The notes: a model not told the origin generated them from the sequence alone. 64,000 nt of DNA from Candidatus Binatia bacterium (GCA_038245295.1 JBBRSP010000010.1:32001-96000), one strand, 5' to 3'; positions 39,929-53,353 are shown, numbered from the stretch's first letter. Program-made: numbers and translations.

Positions 39929-40885
39929 TCACTCGGCGTCCGGCTGCGGCGCGATGGCGGTGCCGTCAGGAAGGGCGTACTGGCCGTCCAACACAACCAA
40001 CTCGTCGGGCTGCAGGCCGTCCAGCACTTCGACCTCCTGATCCGTGCGCAGGCCGATGCGAACCAGGCGTCGCACGGCGCGGCCGGCGGTGGGCACCATG
40101 ACGAAGTCCTCACCCGGCGTCGCGGATGGCAGCAATGCGGCGCGCGGAATCAGGTTTGCATTGCCGTGGGCCTCAACCGTGATGCGGCAAACCACAGCGG
40201 CGTGCAGAAGCGCCGGCAACAACGGGGTCGCGAACTTGATACGCACCGGCACGGTTAGCGTCTGCGGATTCATCGCTCCGAGAATGGTATCGACCTGCCC
40301 GGCCAGAGTGGCCCCGCCGACCTGGATCTGCGTCGCCATACCGGGGCGCAGCGCGCCGGCATCGGGGAGAGCAACCTGCGCCAACACGTAGAGAGAGTCG
40401 GGCTCGTAGATCTCGAGCAGGACATCATTGGCCGCTACCTGTTCGTTCGGATTGTGCAAACGTTCGGCGACCACACCGTTGAACGGCGCGGTGACGCCGA
40501 TGTCGCGTTGCTTCAGGTCGCCTTGCAGGCGTTGGGCCAGTCGCGCCTCGTCGCCGTGCAGGGCTCGGGCATCGGCCAGCATTTGGAAGCCGTGCAGCGC
40601 CGCATCGTTTTCGAGCGGCACCACTCGTGCGGCCACCGTACCGCGCCCGACGTTGTCCCCCGGTCGCAACGTCAACATCGTTACCCGCCCTGCCACCGGC
40701 GAGGCCAGGCGCACGACGTTCAACGCCGCTGTTTCGCCGGTAGCGGTGATGACGCGATTGATCTCGCCGCGCCGCACGGGCGCGACACGGACTGCCACCG
40801 GAGCGCGGACAGCGACAGGCTCCGTCTCCGGCGCCTGCTGGCACGCCACCAGGGTCAGAAAGAGCAACAGGGCGCCGCGCTTCAT
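39929..40885 (-). CDS. RND periplasmic adaptor, lipoprotein
   Basis: Lipobox LVAC; motifs SPVAGRV, APFNGVV and VEVLDGL. Confidence 0.88.
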   Translation of the reverse strand: MKRGALLLFLTLVACQQAPETEPVAVRAPVAVRVAPVRRGEINRVITATGETAALNVVRLASPVAGRVTMLTLRPGDNVGRGTVAARVVPLENDAALHGFQMLADARALHGDEARLAQRLQGDLKQRDIGVTAPFNGVVAERLHNPNEQVAANDVLLEIYEPDSLYVLAQVALPDAGALRPGMATQIQVGGATLAGQVDTILGAMNPQTLTVPVRIKFATPLLPALLHAAVVCRITVEAHGNANLIPRAALLPSATPGEDFVMVPTAGRAVRRLVRIGLRTDQEVEVLDGLQPDELVVLDGQYALPDGTAIAPQPDAE

Positions 40886-42132
40886 GGGCCAACCTTTCCA
40901 AGGATCTGATCATGGCTCGCCAGGGTAACTCGGTAAGCCAGTTGCGCCCGCACCACGGCCAGTTGCGCTTCGACCGATTGCGTCAGGGCATCCAGCACTT
41001 CGAGAAGACGAACGTTGCCGCCACCGAGGTAGCGAGCCCGCGCCACCTGGTAGGCTTCCGCCGACTGCGGCACGGCTCGACGCCACGCTTGTTCCTCGTC
41101 CTGGGCCCGACGCACTTCGATGAGACCGTGCGCTAGGGCGTTATTGATCGTTTGACGCGCCTGCGCGACGCCCGCTTCGGCGTGCGCGACAGCCGCGCTG
41201 GCGGCGGCGGTGCGCGCCGACACGGCGCCGCCGTCGTACAGCGGCATGGAGAAGCCAAGCAGAATGGCGGCGCCGGCATTGTCCTGGAACGTAGTGTCCG
41301 GAACCACACCGACGAAGCCGGTATTGGCGCTCACCACAACATGACTGCGCCATTCGCTGCGCACGGCGTCGACATCGCGGCGGGCTGCCTCAACGGTTGC
41401 GTGTGCGTCGGCGAGAAGCGGACTGCTCTCAACGTTGTCGGCATCGGCAGACGCCGGCGGGCTTGCGATTGGTTCGCGCAGGTCGGGAATTGTCAGACTA
41501 ACGCCCGTCAGGCTCTGCAAGTCGACCAACGCCGTATCGCGCGCCGCCGCCGCGTCACGTGCCGCACTGCGAGCCGCTTGCAGCGCCAATTCGCCGCGCA
41601 GAACATCATTGCGCGGAGCCGCTCCGGCCACCTCGAGGCGCTGCAGGAGACCGAGGTAGTCGCCCAGCGACACAACCGAGGCATCGTGAATCGCCGCCTC
41701 GGCCTGGCCGGCGATTGCCGAGAAATACGCGACGCGTGTCGACAGCGCGAGATCGGCTCGCCGTTGCTGAGCAAGCGCCTCGGCAGAATGGAGTCGGGCG
41801 CGTGCCGCGGCGAACTGAGCGTCACGCAGGCCGCCGTCGAACAAGGTTGCTTCGACGCCGAGCGTCGCCGCCGTGCTGCCGCCGTTGGTGACGGCCCTGT
41901 CGTAGCCGGCAGAGCGCCCGTATTCGGATTGCAGTTGCAGGCGTGGAGCGTAGGCCGCCCGCGCAGCGCGTACGAGCGCGGTCGACGCATCGACATCAGC
42001 ACGTGCCGCGCGCGTTGCCGGAGCGTGTTCGAGGGAGAGGGCGACGCACTCATCGATCGTAACGGCGCTCGCGCCGCGAACCGCAACGCCCAACGAACCG
42101 ACAATGCCCAGGAGGAACGAATGTAACCGCAC
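40882..42132 (-). CDS. TolC-family outer-membrane channel
   Basis: Motifs LFDGG, MPLYDGG and RYLGG..LLEVLDA; first gene of the RND operon. Confidence 0.88.
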   Translation of the reverse strand: MRLHSFLLGIVGSLGVAVRGASAVTIDECVALSLEHAPATRAARADVDASTALVRAARAAYAPRLQLQSEYGRSAGYDRAVTNGGSTAATLGVEATLFDGGLRDAQFAAARARLHSAEALAQQRRADLALSTRVAYFSAIAGQAEAAIHDASVVSLGDYLGLLQRLEVAGAAPRNDVLRGELALQAARSAARDAAAARDTALVDLQSLTGVSLTIPDLREPIASPPASADADNVESSPLLADAHATVEAARRDVDAVRSEWRSHVVVSANTGFVGVVPDTTFQDNAGAAILLGFSMPLYDGGAVSARTAAASAAVAHAEAGVAQARQTINNALAHGLIEVRRAQDEEQAWRRAVPQSAEAYQVARARYLGGGNVRLLEVLDALTQSVEAQLAVVRAQLAYRVTLASHDQILGKVGP

Positions 42133-42156
42133 GAGTTGTGGCTAGCATGCAGCCCC

Positions 42157-42204
42157 TGAACCCAGCGTGAACCGGACCTGAAGATTCGTTCAGGTCCGGT
42201 TCAC
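42157..42204. promoter_or_regulatory. Palindrome with 11-bp-spaced TGAA repeats upstream of the TolC-RND operon
   Basis: GTGAACCGGACCTGAA-gattcg-TTCAGGTCCGGTTCAC; TGAA at 42157, 42168 and 42179. Confidence 0.5.
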
Positions 42205-42259
42205 CGTAAAGCGGGAGCAACGCCGGCTAACGTCGCTCCCGCGTCGTGGTCGGCCTCGG

Positions 42260-45200
42260 CTAGTAACACTGGACAGTCGTGGATGCGGTGCTGACGCGGT
42301 TGACGCAGTGCAAGTAGGTAATCTGGGCGTTGTAGCCGGAGGCGTCGGTGACCACGAGCGTCAGCGGTCCGGTCAAGGTCGGGAAGACCGGCGGGTTCAG
42401 ATCGATGTGCAGCTTGGCCCGCAGAGTCGTGATGCCATCCTTGCCGTAGGCGAAGCGCATGCGGTCGGCGTGATTGGCCAACGACTGCGCGCGGCAGAAC
42501 GAATCGACGCCACCCGGACATCCCTTGCCCTGTGTCAGCGGCACGCCCGGCAGAGAGGTAACAATATCGATGCCGGTAGCGTCGGTCATGACGATGTCGA
42601 TCGGTGCCTGGATGACCGAACCGTTGTTGGTCGGCTGGTAGCAGCCCGGCGGCGGCGGGCAGCTGGATGCCGACATCTGCATTTGGACCTCACCCGGCGT
42701 CTTCTTGTAGGCGATCAGCTTCAGGGACTTGGTTCCCGTACACGGCCCGGTGACCGGTGGGTGCGTCGCCGTGGGTGCGGGCGGGACGGTGGCGGTGGGA
42801 GTCGGTGTCGGCACACCCGGCGGCAACGTGCGGACCGGCGTCGCCGACGGCCCTGGCTGAATCGGTGTACGCGTCGCCGTCGGCGGCACGGCCACGCAGC
42901 TTGCGTAGACGACGTTGGTCGGATCCGACGCCGAGTTGTTGGCGCCGTTCGGGTCGTTCGGGTAACTCACCGAGGCGGTATTGGTACTGATCTCACAAGC
43001 ATTCGAGGCCACCGACACCGTCAGGCTGAGATAACTCACCGTATTCTGCGGCATCGAGTTGACCAGCGTGCAGGTGACGATCTGGCCGTTGGCATTGCAG
43101 GACCAGCCGTTGCCGCTCGAGCGCACGTAGCTGAAGCCAACCGGCAGCGTATCGGTGACGGTGATCGGCGACGATGTCGAGGAGGGCCCGAGATTGGTGA
43201 CACCAATCGAGTAGACCCAACTCTGTCCGGCACGGAACGAGCCGGAATGGGTCTTGGCAATCTTGAGATCCGAGAGTCCCGTGGTTGGTGTCGGCGTCGG
43301 CGGGGCCAGCAAGCCGGCATCGATGGCCGGGGTATTTGGTCCTGGCTGCAGGGCGAAGACCGAGGTTCCGCCCGAGGCCGCGTTGGCGTCGCTATCGACG
43401 TTCGGATTACCGCCCTGTTGCGGCGGCGTGAATTGGTAACCCGTCGGCGGTGTGAACTGCACCGAGTAGTCTCCCGGCGTCAGGCCAGAGAAGGTGTACT
43501 GACCGCTGCTGTTGGTGGTCGTGGTGCCGACCGGGGTGCCGGAGGAATTGTACAGTGTCACGGTTGTTCCCGGGACACCGGGCTCGCCGGGATCCTGGAT
43601 ACCGTTCTGGTTCCTGTCGTTCCACACGAAGCCGGTGAAACTCGACGACAGTGGTGTTGCCGTGCGCGTCGCCGTTGCGGTGAACGTCGGGGTCCGCGTG
43701 AACGTACGGGTTGGCGTGTTGGTCGCCGTGAACGTGAACGTCGGGGTGAAGGTGAACGTCGGGGTGAACGTATTGGTCGGCGTGAACGTCGGGGTGAACG
43801 TACGCGTCGGCGTGTTCGTCGGCGTGTTGGTGCGCGTCGGTGTTGGGGTCGCCGTCGGAATCAGCGAGAAACCGAAGTCGGTATTGTCGCTCGACAGGCC
43901 CTTGTTGACGCTGGCGTTCTCGCCGGCTGGGTTGTCGGAGTCGAGGGCCTCGCCGGTCTGGTTCTGCGGGCTCGCCATGTAGCCGGCCGGCGTGCCGACC
44001 GTCACTACATAGGTCGGCTCGCCGCCGCCGACGCCATCGAAGTTTTCGTCGAGCAACAGGTTGTCGAAGCTGTAGATACCATTGCTATCCGTCGTGGTGC
44101 TCAACACCACGCTGCCCGCGCTACCCGGATAGGTGATTGTCAACGTCACCGTGACACCAGGCAGCCCTGGCTCGCCTGGGTCCTGGACGCCGTTGTGATT
44201 CGTGTCGTTCCAGACGAAATTGCCCAGTGCCGCCGGATCACCGTAGAACCCGAAGTCGGCGGTCGTATTGACCTGGCCGCCACCGACGGAGACCGGGTAG
44301 CCGTTGACCTGGCTGTTGTTGTCGGCAAACGGGCTCGGGCCGTCCGACTTCCACAGTCCCGCCAGCACGTTGTTGTCGTCGGTGACGTTGACCGTGTAGG
44401 TGCCATCGGGGAGGCCGCTGAAGCTGTAGTTGCCGTTGCCGTCGGTCGTCGTCGTGGCGACGATGTTGCCGTTGCCGTCGAGGAGGACGACGGTGACGCC
44501 CGGCTCACCACTGACTTCACCGCCCTGCTTGGTGCCGTCGCTGTTGGTGTCGTTCCAGATCGTCCCGCCGATGGTGTTGGGCGAGCTGAGGTCGCGGTAG
44601 CCGAAGTCTTGGGTCAGATCGATCTGACCCGCCACCACGGTCAGGGTCGATTCACTGGCGATGCCGCCGTCGGGATCCGTCGTGTTGGTAACGCCGGTTG
44701 GTAGTGTCGACGTATCGACACGGACGAAGTAGGTGCCGGCGGGCAAGTTGCCGAAGGCGTACGTGCCATTCTCACTGGTCATGGTCGTCTGCAGCACAAA
44801 CGAACCGGTAGAGTCGTAGAGCCTGACGGTCACACCCTCGAGACCTTCGCCGGGATCGGCAATGCCGTCGCCGTCGCGGTCAAGGAAGATCGTGTCACCA
44901 ATCAACGCCCGCCCGGGTGTTTGCCCGGGAGCTGTGTAGCCGAAGTCCTGCGCTGTGTTCGGCGCACCGGTCAGGTTGGTCACGGCGCTGATGCCGAGTC
45001 CGCTTACCAATCCGCTCGCCGGCGAAGCGCCGTCGCTGTCGTAGGTGGCCGAGTCGGTGCCCAACACATTGGCCGTGTCGTTGACCCAGACGAGGTAGTC
45101 ATCGGTGCCGACGCCGTCGGTGATCGGCAGACCAGGGAACGAATAGTTGCCGCTGGTGTCGGTGATGTCGGACGCAATGATCGGCTCGCCCGCATCCCAG

Positions 45201-48200
45201 CGGCCGTTGCCGTTCAGATCGCGGATGAGCGCCACTGTCACACCGGGAATGCCGTACTCGAGTGTGTCTCCGCCGCCGGGTGTGCCGGCTGGGCCTTGCT
45301 GATCGGCATCGGCGTCGAACCAGACCGTGCCGCCGATGAGGCCGCTGGCACCGGTGGGTCGGTAGCCGAAGTCGGCGTTGGTAAAGACGTCGCCGGGTGC
45401 CAGGACGATCGGTGACGTCGTGCGATTGTCGAGCGTCGAGTCCGGGTCGCCGGTCGGCGTGTAGCCCGTCGGGTTGTTACCGTTGTTGATCTCGACGACG
45501 TAGATGCCTTCCGGCAAGCCGTCGAAGTTGTAGTTGCCGGCGGCATTGGTAACCGTCGAGGCGAACACCGAGTCGACGATGCCGTCATTGTTGCTGTCGT
45601 AGAGCAGGGTGACGCTGACACCGCCCATGCCGGCCTCGCCGGGGTCCTGGATGCCGTCGCCATCGGCATCGATCCAAACGCGATCGCCGATCGAGCCGGT
45701 GCCGCTGTTGCCGGTAACCGACGTGGTCGGGTTCCAGTTGTATCCGAAGTCGACGTCCTGAACTTCTTGTCCGGCCGCAACCGAGACAAGCGTCGAACTG
45801 TCGCCGCCGCCGTCGAGATCGAAGGTCGGATTGGCTGCGAGGTTCGGCGGCAGACTGCTCGTGTCGATACGGACCTCATAGGTCCCCGCCACGACATCGA
45901 AGCTGTAGTGACCATTGGTGTCGGTCACCGTCGTCGCCAGGAGAACAGTGCCCGTGGAGTCGTAGAGGTTGACGACCACATTCGGGATGCCGTCCTCACC
46001 CGGATCCTGGATTCCGTTGCCATTCTCGTCGAGCCACACGGAATCACCGATTACGCCGGGTTGCGGCGTCGGCGTTGGTGTCGACGTCGCGGTCGGCGTC
46101 GCCGTCGCCGTCGGCGTTGGTGTACTCGTCGGGGTACGCGTCGGCGTATTGGTTGGTGTGTTCGTCGGCGTGTTCGTCGGCGTATTCGTGGGCGTACGTG
46201 TCGGTGTGTTGGTCGGCGTATTCGTTGGCGTCGATGTTGGCGTATTGGTCGGCGTGCTGGTGCGCGTCGACGTCGGCGTCGCCGTCGGGATCAACGAGAA
46301 ACCGAAGTCGTAGATGTCGACGAGCAGGCTCTTGCTGGCGCTGGCGGGTTCGCCGGCCGGGTTGTCGGAGTCGAACGCCTCGGTGGTCTGATTCTGCGGG
46401 CTGGCCATGTAGCCGGCTGGAGTGCTGACGGTGATCACATAGGTCGGCTCGCCGGGGCCAACGCCGTCGAAGTTCTCGTCGAGCAGCAGGTTGCCGAAGT
46501 TGTAGGCGCCGCTGCCGTCGCTGGTGGTCGTCAGCACGGTGGTGCCGGCACCGCCAGGATAGGTGATGGTCAAGGTCACCGTGACACCGGCGAGACCAGG
46601 CTCGCCAAAATCCTGGATACCGTTGTGATTTGTATCGTTCCACACGAAGTTGCCGATCGCGGCCGGAGCTCCGTAGAACCCGAAGTCGCCGGTCGTGTTG
46701 GTTTGGCCGGCGCTGACCGTCACTCCATATCCGTTGATCTGGCTATTGTTGTCGGATCCGGGGCTTGGGCCGTTCGACTTCCACAGGCCGCCGAGAACGT
46801 TGTCGTCGTCGGTGACGTTGACCGTGTAGCTGCCGTCGGGCAGCCCACTGAAGCTGTAGTTGCCGCTGGCATCGGTGGTCGTGGTCGCCACGATGTTGCC
46901 ATTGCCGTCGCGCAGCACGACGGTGACGCCGGGCTTGCCGGTCACTTCACCTGCTTGCTTGGTGCCGTCGCTGTTGGTGTCCGACCAGATTGTCCCGCCG
47001 ATGGTGTTGGGCGAGCTCAGGTCGCGGTAGCCGAAGTCCTGCGTCAGATCGATCTGACCCGCCACCACGGTGAGTGTCGACTCGCTGGCGATGCCGCCAT
47101 CGGGATCGGTCGTGTTAGTTACGCCCGTTGGCAGGGTCGTCGTGTCGACGCGCACGACGTAGGTGCCGGCCGGAAGATTGCCGAAGGCATAGGTACCGTT
47201 CTCGCTCGTCGTGGTGGTTTGTAGGACAAACGAACCGGTCGAGTCGTACAAGCGGACGGTCACACCCTCGAGACCTTCGCCGGGGTCGGCAATGCCGTCG
47301 CCGTCGCGATCGAGGAAGATCGTGTCACCGATCAATGCCCTACCGGGCGTCTGCCCAGGGGCCGTGTAGCCGAAATCCTGCGCCGTGTTGGCGACGGCCG
47401 AGAGATTGAGAACGGAGCTGATACCGAGCCCTGTCACCAGACCGCTTCCCGGCGCGGCGCCGTCGCTATCGTAGGTCGGCGTGTCGGTGCCCAGGACATT
47501 GTTCGTATCGTTGGCCCAGACCAGGTAGTCGTCGGTGCCAACGCCATCGGTAATCGGCAGACCCGAGAACTGATAGTTGCCGCCGGCGTCGGTGATGTCC
47601 GACGCGATGATCGGCTCACCGGCATCCCAGCGGCCGTTGCCGTTGAGATCACGGATCAGCGCGACGCTGACACCGGGGATGCCATACTCCAGAGTATCAC
47701 CGCCGCCGGGAGTTCCGGCGGGCCCCTGCTGGTCGGCATCGGCATCGAACCAGATGGTACCGCCAATGACGCCGCTGACGCCGGTTGGCTGATAGCCGAA
47801 GTCGGCATTGGCGAAGACGTCGCCGGGGGCCAGGACGATTGGCGCGGTGGTGCGATTGTCGAGGGTCGTATCCGGATCACCGGTCGCCGTGTAGCCGGTC
47901 GGGGCGGCGCCACCGTTGATCTCGACGACGTAGATGCCTTGCGGCAGGCTGTCGAAGATGTAGTTGCCGGCGCCGTCGGTAACGGTCGAGCCGAACACGG
48001 CATCAACGATGCCGTCGTTGTTGCTGTCATAGCGCAGGGTGACGCTGACACCGGCGAGGCCGGCCTCACCGAGGTCCTGAACACCGTCACCATCGGCATC
48101 GATCCAGACGCGATCACCGATCGAGCCGGTGCCGCTGTTGCCGGTGATCGACGTAGTGGGATTCCAGTTGTACCCAAAGTCGACGTCCTGAACTTCTTCG

Positions 48201-51200
48201 CCCGGGGCAACCGAGACAAGCACTGAGCTGTCGCCGCCGCCGTCGCGGTCAAAAGTCGGATTCGCGGCCAGGTTCGGTGACAGGCTGCTCGTGTCGACGC
48301 GCACCACGTAGGTGCCGGCGACGACGTCGAAGCTGTAGTGGCCGTTGGTGTCGGTCACCGTCGTCGTCAGCAGGGTCGTGCCGGTCGAGTCGTAGAGATT
48401 GACGACAACGTTGGGGATGCCGTCCTCACCCGGGTCCTGGATGCCGTTGCCATTCTCATCCAGCCACACGGAATCGCCGATCACGCCCGGTTGCGGCGTC
48501 GGGGTCGGTGTTGCGGTGGCCGTCGGTGTTGACGTCGACGTCGGGGTCGGTGTGCTGGTTGTCGTCCGCGTTGGGGTGTTGGTCGGCGTGTTCGTCGGCG
48601 TACTCGTGGGCGTGTTGGTGGGAGTGTTTGTCGGCGTATTCGTCGGTGTGTTGGTCGGCGTACGAGTCGGGGTGTTGGTTGGTGTCTGAGTAACCGTCGG
48701 CGTCTGCGTCGGCGTGTTGGTTGGAGTGTTGGTCGGGGTGTTCGTCGGCGTCGACGTCGGCGTCTGGGTGATCGTTGGAGTCTGCGTCGGCGTGTTGGTC
48801 GGCGTGCGTGTCGGGGTGTTCGTCGGCGTCAACGTCGGTGTCTGGGTAATCGTCGGCGTCGACGTCGGCGTGTTGGTCGGCGTCTGAGTGATCGTCGGCG
48901 TCGACGTCGGCGTGTTGGTCGGCGTACGCGTCGGCGTATTGGTCGGCGTCAACGTCGGTGTCTGGGTAATCGTCGGCGTCTGCGTCGGCGTGTTGGTCGG
49001 CGTGCTCGTCGGCGTATTGGTTGGCGTATTGGTCGGCGTCTGTGTGATCGTCGGCGTCTGCGTCGGCGTCCGGGTAATGGTTGGTGTCTGGGTCGGCGTA
49101 TTCGTCGGTGTACTCGTCGGGGTATTGGTTGGCGTATTCGTCGGCGTCTGAGTGATCGTCGGCGTCTGCGTTGGCGTGTTGGTAGGGGTGCGCGTCGGCG
49201 TGTTCGTCGGCGTCAACGTCGGCGTATTGGTCGGCGTCTGTGTGATCGTCGGTGTGTTGGTCGGCGTGCTGGTCGGGGTCTTCGTCGGAGTGCTTGTCGG
49301 GGTACTCGTCGCCGTTGGTGTGCGCGTTGGCGTCGCCACGAGGATCGTCAGAGGATAGTCCTCGATCTCGCCGTCGTTGGCTTGTGCGGTCGGTGACAAG
49401 GAGGCCGCGGTGCTCAGGCGCAAACGGAGATACGACTGGCCACCAACGATCCCGCTGAGGCCGGTCCAGGTGAGACTGACAGTCTGCGCCGCCACGTTCG
49501 GCAGAACCACGACAGATTGTCGTTCCGACGGATCATCGAAAACGCCGTTGCCGTTGAAATCGATCCATCCGTAGAGAGTGGCGTTGGAACCGGTATTGTT
49601 AAGCACAGTGATATTGCCGGGGTTGTAGGTGGTCGCCGTCGTCACCAACGTGGCGAGAGCACCGATGCCATCCTCGTCGTCGACACCACTCAAGTCATCC
49701 GAATTGGCCGTGGTGTTGTTCGACGGGTTGCCGGTGCCCTCGGCGTCGATCAACGTGCCGAGTTTCAACGTGCTGGCAGTCGACGTCGTGATGCAGCTAA
49801 TCGCGTGGCGGGCCGTCGCGGTCCCGTAGCTCAACGGTGCATCGCCATAGTCGAACGCCGCGAGGCTGACGCCAAATATGATATGAGCATCGGCGGTGCC
49901 GCTGGATGGGTTGTTGCGGGTTGGGTCAAAAACAGACCCGACCGCCTGGCTCCCAGTCGCGTCGCCAATCAACTGCGGCACGTGGGCGCCGGCACCGCTG
50001 CTGGCAGAGTGGCTTGTGGTACCGAGGAAGAATGAATCTCCGTTGACGGTGAGATGGTTCGTGCCGCGTGGTGACGCGGTGGAGCCGAAGTAGTCGTTGC
50101 GGCTACCGCCGGCGAGGGTTGCAAAGTGTAGGGTCTTCAGATCGGTACTGAACACCGACACATGCATGTCGAGATCGGCAGCGGCGGAGGCGGTCGCGCT
50201 GAAGAACGACTCTCCGTTGATGTTCTTCGTCGGTACATCGGCAGCACCGGCGGCGGCCTGCTCGTGGACGCTGTAGACCATCAGGACCTTTGAGACGCTG
50301 CAACTCGGTTGCTGCACGCGGATGACGATGCCGATCGTGCCGGCATTGGCGCCGCAACCGGCCGTGCAACCATAGTAGGTCGACGCAAAACCAGAGGGGG
50401 CGCCCGCCGCGGGCACCGTCACCTTGCCAATGATCATATCACCGATGTTGATGCCGCCCTGGTTTACGTTGGCGCCGCTGTAGCTCGAGTCAAAGTTGCC
50501 CGTGGCTCCGGGGAAGTCAGTAGAGCGCGTCGTTCCGGTCCAATACAGCGTCGTGCCGTCGAGCGCCAAACCATTGAAGTAGTCGTCGCCGTTGCCACCG
50601 ATCAGATCGAGGTACTGGAAGGCGCCACCGGCGCTCGGGATAGTGCCAATGAAACCCGTCCGGCCGCCGACTCCGGCCGCCGCTTGACTGTTCACCTCTG
50701 CCGGGAAGCCGGTCGTCGAATCGGTGTCGCCGGAAAAGGCGATACGCCCGTCGGCCATCACCTGGATGTCGTTGATGACATCCGTAGTTCCGTTACCGCC
50801 GACGTAGGTGCCGAACGTCAGTGTATTGATCGTACCGAACTTCGCGACGTAGCCTTCCTGACTGGTCAGCGTCGCGTCCGCGGCATTAACGATATACGCC
50901 GCCGGCAGGGCAGCACCGACAATACCCGAGACAACGAAGCTCGTGTCACTCAAGGCGCGAATCGAATACATGCGATCCGTACCGGTTGCGCCGAGATAGG
51001 TCGCGTAGGTCAAGCTGCTCAGATTCTTGGGGAAGACAGCGACAAACCCGTCTTGTCCCCCACCCTGGGTGGAGTCGAAGGCGTTCGCCGTCAGCGGCAG
51101 TCCGGCGCCCGCCTCGCCGGCGATGAAGACGTTATTCGCGGAAAGACTCAGACCATAGATCTGGTCACTGTTCGCACCACCGTAGTAGGTCGCATAAACG

Positions 51201-52303
51201 ACGTTCTTGCCGTCCGCAGAAAGCGCGTAGACGATTCCATCCTGGCCGGCGTTGTAACTGGTGTCGTAGCCGCCCGCCGGCAGGTACGGAGAGACATCGG
51301 CAACGTTCACGACGCCGCCGCAGTAGACCAACCCAGTGCTCGTCTCCGCTTCCGTGGCGAACAGGTACTGGTCAAACGAACCGTTGTTGTTGTCGAACCA
51401 CGTGCCCCAAACCAGCGTCGGATCGATGATCAGCGGGTAGCGCGAATCGATCTCTTGCTTGGTCTCAAAGGAGACCCTTCCCGACGTCGTCTTGGCAAAG
51501 GCAAACTCGACTGGCGTCTTGCCGGCAGGGGTCACCTGGTAGGCTACGGGCGAGGAGAAATGGACCGGGCCGAAGCGCAGGGCGAGATCGAGAGAGCCAT
51601 CGTCGGCGACGGAGACTCCGTCCGGACCCTCAATTTGCAAATTCACGGCGCGGTAGTCGACACCGGCGTCGACGATCCAGTCATACTCCAGCTTGCGGCT
51701 GTCCTCGCTGTAAAGACGCAGCGAGATGCCGGGATATACGTCGTGCAGCGTCAGTTCCTTGAAGGCCGGGACGTTGCTGGCCCAACGCGACCGATCGGCA
51801 CCACGCATGTAGTTGAAGGCCGTTACAAAGGCCTCGCCGGTTTCCACATTGGGATGCTGGTTTCCGCCGACGAAGCGGACGATGAAGGTGTGCGAATCGG
51901 TATGTGGGGCCTGCACGGATTGAAGGTGCTCCTGGGAGCGGTTGTCCTGTGCCTCCGCAGCGTCCGGCTGGTGGACAATCTGAAAGACCAGCCTGTCCGC
52001 CTCGACGAAAACCTGGCCGGCTTCCGTGGTCAGACCGAAAAGCACCTCGGACGGCCATTGGCCGTCGTTGCGGATGAACTTGATCGTCTCAGCGTTCTTC
52101 TTGAGCGCGTCGACGAGTTTGGCCTTCTCAGCGGCGCTGATGCCGGAAGACGGAGGAGATTGAGACGAGGCTTCTTGGCCGCCACCTGCCGAGAACTCCG
52201 AGACAGCAGGCATGACCGCCGCCACGGATGGGTAGGGAGAAACTGCAGCTACGATTAGCAGAGCCGCACTCGATGCCGCGTAAACGGCGACCAACTTCTT
52301 CAT
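42260..52303 (-). CDS. Giant secreted adhesin-like protein: SBBP-like propeller, GEVED, SdrD-B-like repeats, Thr/Pro linkers, DUF11-like domain, Cys-terminated C-domain
   Basis: Motifs [25 protein letters not shown] repeats, [20 protein letters not shown] and many GDxVWxDxxxxG..GE..DFG units. A GAGGGG RBS precedes the ATG at 52303. Confidence 0.9.
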   Translation of the reverse strand: MKKLVAVYAASSAALLIVAAVSPYPSVAAVMPAVSEFSAGGGQEASSQSPPSSGISAAEKAKLVDALKKNAETIKFIRNDGQWPSEVLFGLTTEAGQVFVEADRLVFQIVHQPDAAEAQDNRSQEHLQSVQAPHTDSHTFIVRFVGGNQHPNVETGEAFVTAFNYMRGADRSRWASNVPAFKELTLHDVYPGISLRLYSEDSRKLEYDWIVDAGVDYRAVNLQIEGPDGVSVADDGSLDLALRFGPVHFSSPVAYQVTPAGKTPVEFAFAKTTSGRVSFETKQEIDSRYPLIIDPTLVWGTWFDNNNGSFDQYLFATEAETSTGLVYCGGVVNVADVSPYLPAGGYDTSYNAGQDGIVYALSADGKNVVYATYYGGANSDQIYGLSLSANNVFIAGEAGAGLPLTANAFDSTQGGGQDGFVAVFPKNLSSLTYATYLGATGTDRMYSIRALSDTSFVVSGIVGAALPAAYIVNAADATLTSQEGYVAKFGTINTLTFGTYVGGNGTTDVINDIQVMADGRIAFSGDTDSTTGFPAEVNSQAAAGVGGRTGFIGTIPSAGGAFQYLDLIGGNGDDYFNGLALDGTTLYWTGTTRSTDFPGATGNFDSSYSGANVNQGGINIGDMIIGKVTVPAAGAPSGFASTYYGCTAGCGANAGTIGIVIRVQQPSCSVSKVLMVYSVHEQAAAGAADVPTKNINGESFFSATASAAADLDMHVSVFSTDLKTLHFATLAGGSRNDYFGSTASPRGTNHLTVNGDSFFLGTTSHSASSGAGAHVPQLIGDATGSQAVGSVFDPTRNNPSSGTADAHIIFGVSLAAFDYGDAPLSYGTATARHAISCITTSTASTLKLGTLIDAEGTGNPSNNTTANSDDLSGVDDEDGIGALATLVTTATTYNPGNITVLNNTGSNATLYGWIDFNGNGVFDDPSERQSVVVLPNVAAQTVSLTWTGLSGIVGGQSYLRLRLSTAASLSPTAQANDGEIEDYPLTILVATPTRTPTATSTPTSTPTKTPTSTPTNTPTITQTPTNTPTLTPTNTPTRTPTNTPTQTPTITQTPTNTPTNTPTSTPTNTPTQTPTITRTPTQTPTITQTPTNTPTNTPTSTPTNTPTQTPTITQTPTLTPTNTPTRTPTNTPTSTPTITQTPTNTPTSTPTITQTPTLTPTNTPTRTPTNTPTQTPTITQTPTSTPTNTPTNTPTNTPTQTPTVTQTPTNTPTRTPTNTPTNTPTNTPTNTPTSTPTNTPTNTPTRTTTSTPTPTSTSTPTATATPTPTPQPGVIGDSVWLDENGNGIQDPGEDGIPNVVVNLYDSTGTTLLTTTVTDTNGHYSFDVVAGTYVVRVDTSSLSPNLAANPTFDRDGGGDSSVLVSVAPGEEVQDVDFGYNWNPTTSITGNSGTGSIGDRVWIDADGDGVQDLGEAGLAGVSVTLRYDSNNDGIVDAVFGSTVTDGAGNYIFDSLPQGIYVVEINGGAAPTGYTATGDPDTTLDNRTTAPIVLAPGDVFANADFGYQPTGVSGVIGGTIWFDADADQQGPAGTPGGGDTLEYGIPGVSVALIRDLNGNGRWDAGEPIIASDITDAGGNYQFSGLPITDGVGTDDYLVWANDTNNVLGTDTPTYDSDGAAPGSGLVTGLGISSVLNLSAVANTAQDFGYTAPGQTPGRALIGDTIFLDRDGDGIADPGEGLEGVTVRLYDSTGSFVLQTTTTSENGTYAFGNLPAGTYVVRVDTTTLPTGVTNTTDPDGGIASESTLTVVAGQIDLTQDFGYRDLSSPNTIGGTIWSDTNSDGTKQAGEVTGKPGVTVVLRDGNGNIVATTTTDASGNYSFSGLPDGSYTVNVTDDDNVLGGLWKSNGPSPGSDNNSQINGYGVTVSAGQTNTTGDFGFYGAPAAIGNFVWNDTNHNGIQDFGEPGLAGVTVTLTITYPGGAGTTVLTTTSDGSGAYNFGNLLLDENFDGVGPGEPTYVITVSTPAGYMASPQNQTTEAFDSDNPAGEPASASKSLLVDIYDFGFSLIPTATPTSTRTSTPTNTPTSTPTNTPTNTPTRTPTNTPTNTPTNTPTNTPTRTPTSTPTPTATATPTATSTPTPTPQPGVIGDSVWLDENGNGIQDPGEDGIPNVVVNLYDSTGTVLLATTVTDTNGHYSFDVVAGTYEVRIDTSSLPPNLAANPTFDLDGGGDSSTLVSVAAGQEVQDVDFGYNWNPTTSVTGNSGTGSIGDRVWIDADGDGIQDPGEAGMGGVSVTLLYDSNNDGIVDSVFASTVTNAAGNYNFDGLPEGIYVVEINNGNNPTGYTPTGDPDSTLDNRTTSPIVLAPGDVFTNADFGYRPTGASGLIGGTVWFDADADQQGPAGTPGGGDTLEYGIPGVTVALIRDLNGNGRWDAGEPIIASDITDTSGNYSFPGLPITDGVGTDDYLVWVNDTANVLGTDSATYDSDGASPASGLVSGLGISAVTNLTGAPNTAQDFGYTAPGQTPGRALIGDTIFLDRDGDGIADPGEGLEGVTVRLYDSTGSFVLQTTMTSENGTYAFGNLPAGTYFVRVDTSTLPTGVTNTTDPDGGIASESTLTVVAGQIDLTQDFGYRDLSSPNTIGGTIWNDTNSDGTKQGGEVSGEPGVTVVLLDGNGNIVATTTTDGNGNYSFSGLPDGTYTVNVTDDNNVLAGLWKSDGPSPFADNNSQVNGYPVSVGGGQVNTTADFGFYGDPAALGNFVWNDTNHNGVQDPGEPGLPGVTVTLTITYPGSAGSVVLSTTTDSNGIYSFDNLLLDENFDGVGGGEPTYVVTVGTPAGYMASPQNQTGEALDSDNPAGENASVNKGLSSDNTDFGFSLIPTATPTPTRTNTPTNTPTRTFTPTFTPTNTFTPTFTFTPTFTFTATNTPTRTFTRTPTFTATATRTATPLSSSFTGFVWNDRNQNGIQDPGEPGVPGTTVTLYNSSGTPVGTTTTNSSGQYTFSGLTPGDYSVQFTPPTGYQFTPPQQGGNPNVDSDANAASGGTSVFALQPGPNTPAIDAGLLAPPTPTPTTGLSDLKIAKTHSGSFRAGQSWVYSIGVTNLGPSSTSSPITVTDTLPVGFSYVRSSGNGWSCNANGQIVTCTLVNSMPQNTVSYLSLTVSVASNACEISTNTASVSYPNDPNGANNSASDPTNVVYASCVAVPPTATRTPIQPGPSATPVRTLPPGVPTPTPTATVPPAPTATHPPVTGPCTGTKSLKLIAYKKTPGEVQMQMSASSCPPPPGCYQPTNNGSVIQAPIDIVMTDATGIDIVTSLPGVPLTQGKGCPGGVDSFCRAQSLANHADRMRFAYGKDGITTLRAKLHIDLNPPVFPTLTGPLTLVVTDASGYNAQITYLHCVNRVSTASTTVQCY

Positions 52304-52588
52304 GAACACCCCTCGTCAGCGAAATGCCATCCACCAGCCATGGAAAAGGCATCCGCTTGCGCAAATCGGACCCTGAGCAACCAGGGGTGCCTGAGCGAGA
52401 GTCATGCCAGGCGGCGCGGGGAGAATTGTCGCTTCGTTGAGGGAGGAGGGGTGTCTCAGCAGCTCTCAGAGATGTTTCCCGCGAGACACTTTAACCGGAT
52501 CGTTGAGATCTCTTACCCAACTATAAGGGTTAGCGAAGCGGTCGGGGCTCCACGGCCCAGAGTCCGCAACCCGGAGATGGGCACCGAG

Positions 52589-53149
52589 CTATTCGATGCC
52601 GAGATGGCTGACGAACTCGCGCAAGGTGCGCTTACCCTCGTGCTCCCGGTTCCAGGCCCTGACCTTCTCCGAGTAGATGGCGCCTTCGTCCCAGAACCGA
52701 CGCTCCATGGCGCCGAGATTGCGCTTGGTCTCGTGGCCGTCCCATTCGTGCGGGCACAGCGTGAGACGCGACAACGAGAGCTTGGCGACACCGCCGCGAT
52801 CTTCGTCGGTGAGCGTGACGTTGAACGGGTGAACCCGGCAGACGAGCGGCCGGTGCTCGTAGACGGTGCAGCGGTTGTCGTCGTCTAGGAAGGTGCAGGC
52901 GCCCTTCTCCCAACGCAGCGCCATGACGACGCGCCGGTTGTCGAGCTTGACCCACCAGGGATGGCGCTTGTCGAAGGCTACATCGCCTTCCTTCACGAAA
53001 CGTACGATGTCCTTCGCGGCGCGCCCGGTGCCCGCCGTGAGACGTTGCAGGTCGGAGTCTGAAATCAGAATGTAGGTGCCACGACAGCAGTTGCCACAAC
53101 CCGTACAACGAAACTTAAGAAACTTTTCCCAATCCGCTTTCACCATCAC
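52589..53149 (-). CDS. YkgJ-family (CxxCxxCC) cysteine-cluster protein
   Basis: Motifs FRCTGCGNCC and CTFL..CTVYEHRPLVCRVHPF. Confidence 0.88.
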   Translation of the reverse strand: MMVKADWEKFLKFRCTGCGNCCRGTYILISDSDLQRLTAGTGRAAKDIVRFVKEGDVAFDKRHPWWVKLDNRRVVMALRWEKGACTFLDDDNRCTVYEHRPLVCRVHPFNVTLTDEDRGGVAKLSLSRLTLCPHEWDGHETKRNLGAMERRFWDEGAIYSEKVRAWNREHEGKRTLREFVSHLGIE

Positions 53150-53353
53150 CCTCGTTCGGCCTGCGCGACTAGCAAAGGCCTCGTGAGGAATCGACTGCCC
53201 TACGGCCTGGAATGGCGGCTCCGTTTGAGAAAGAAAAGTTCACCGATTGTGGCCGCCCAACCGGGCACAAGCCCACTTCCTCTCCGCCAAGGGCGCCGAT
53301 ATACCGACGGGGTTGTCATGCGGCGCGGCAGTCGAAACAGAGGGAAGAGAGGA

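Noticed and set aside
42308..52258. Long plus-strand ORFs (798, 485, 649 aa)
   Set aside because: Antisense shadows of the giant adhesin, expected in high-GC DNA.
52310..52580. c-di-GMP or other riboswitch before the giant adhesin
   Set aside because: No recognisable consensus by eye; an Rfam scan would be needed.
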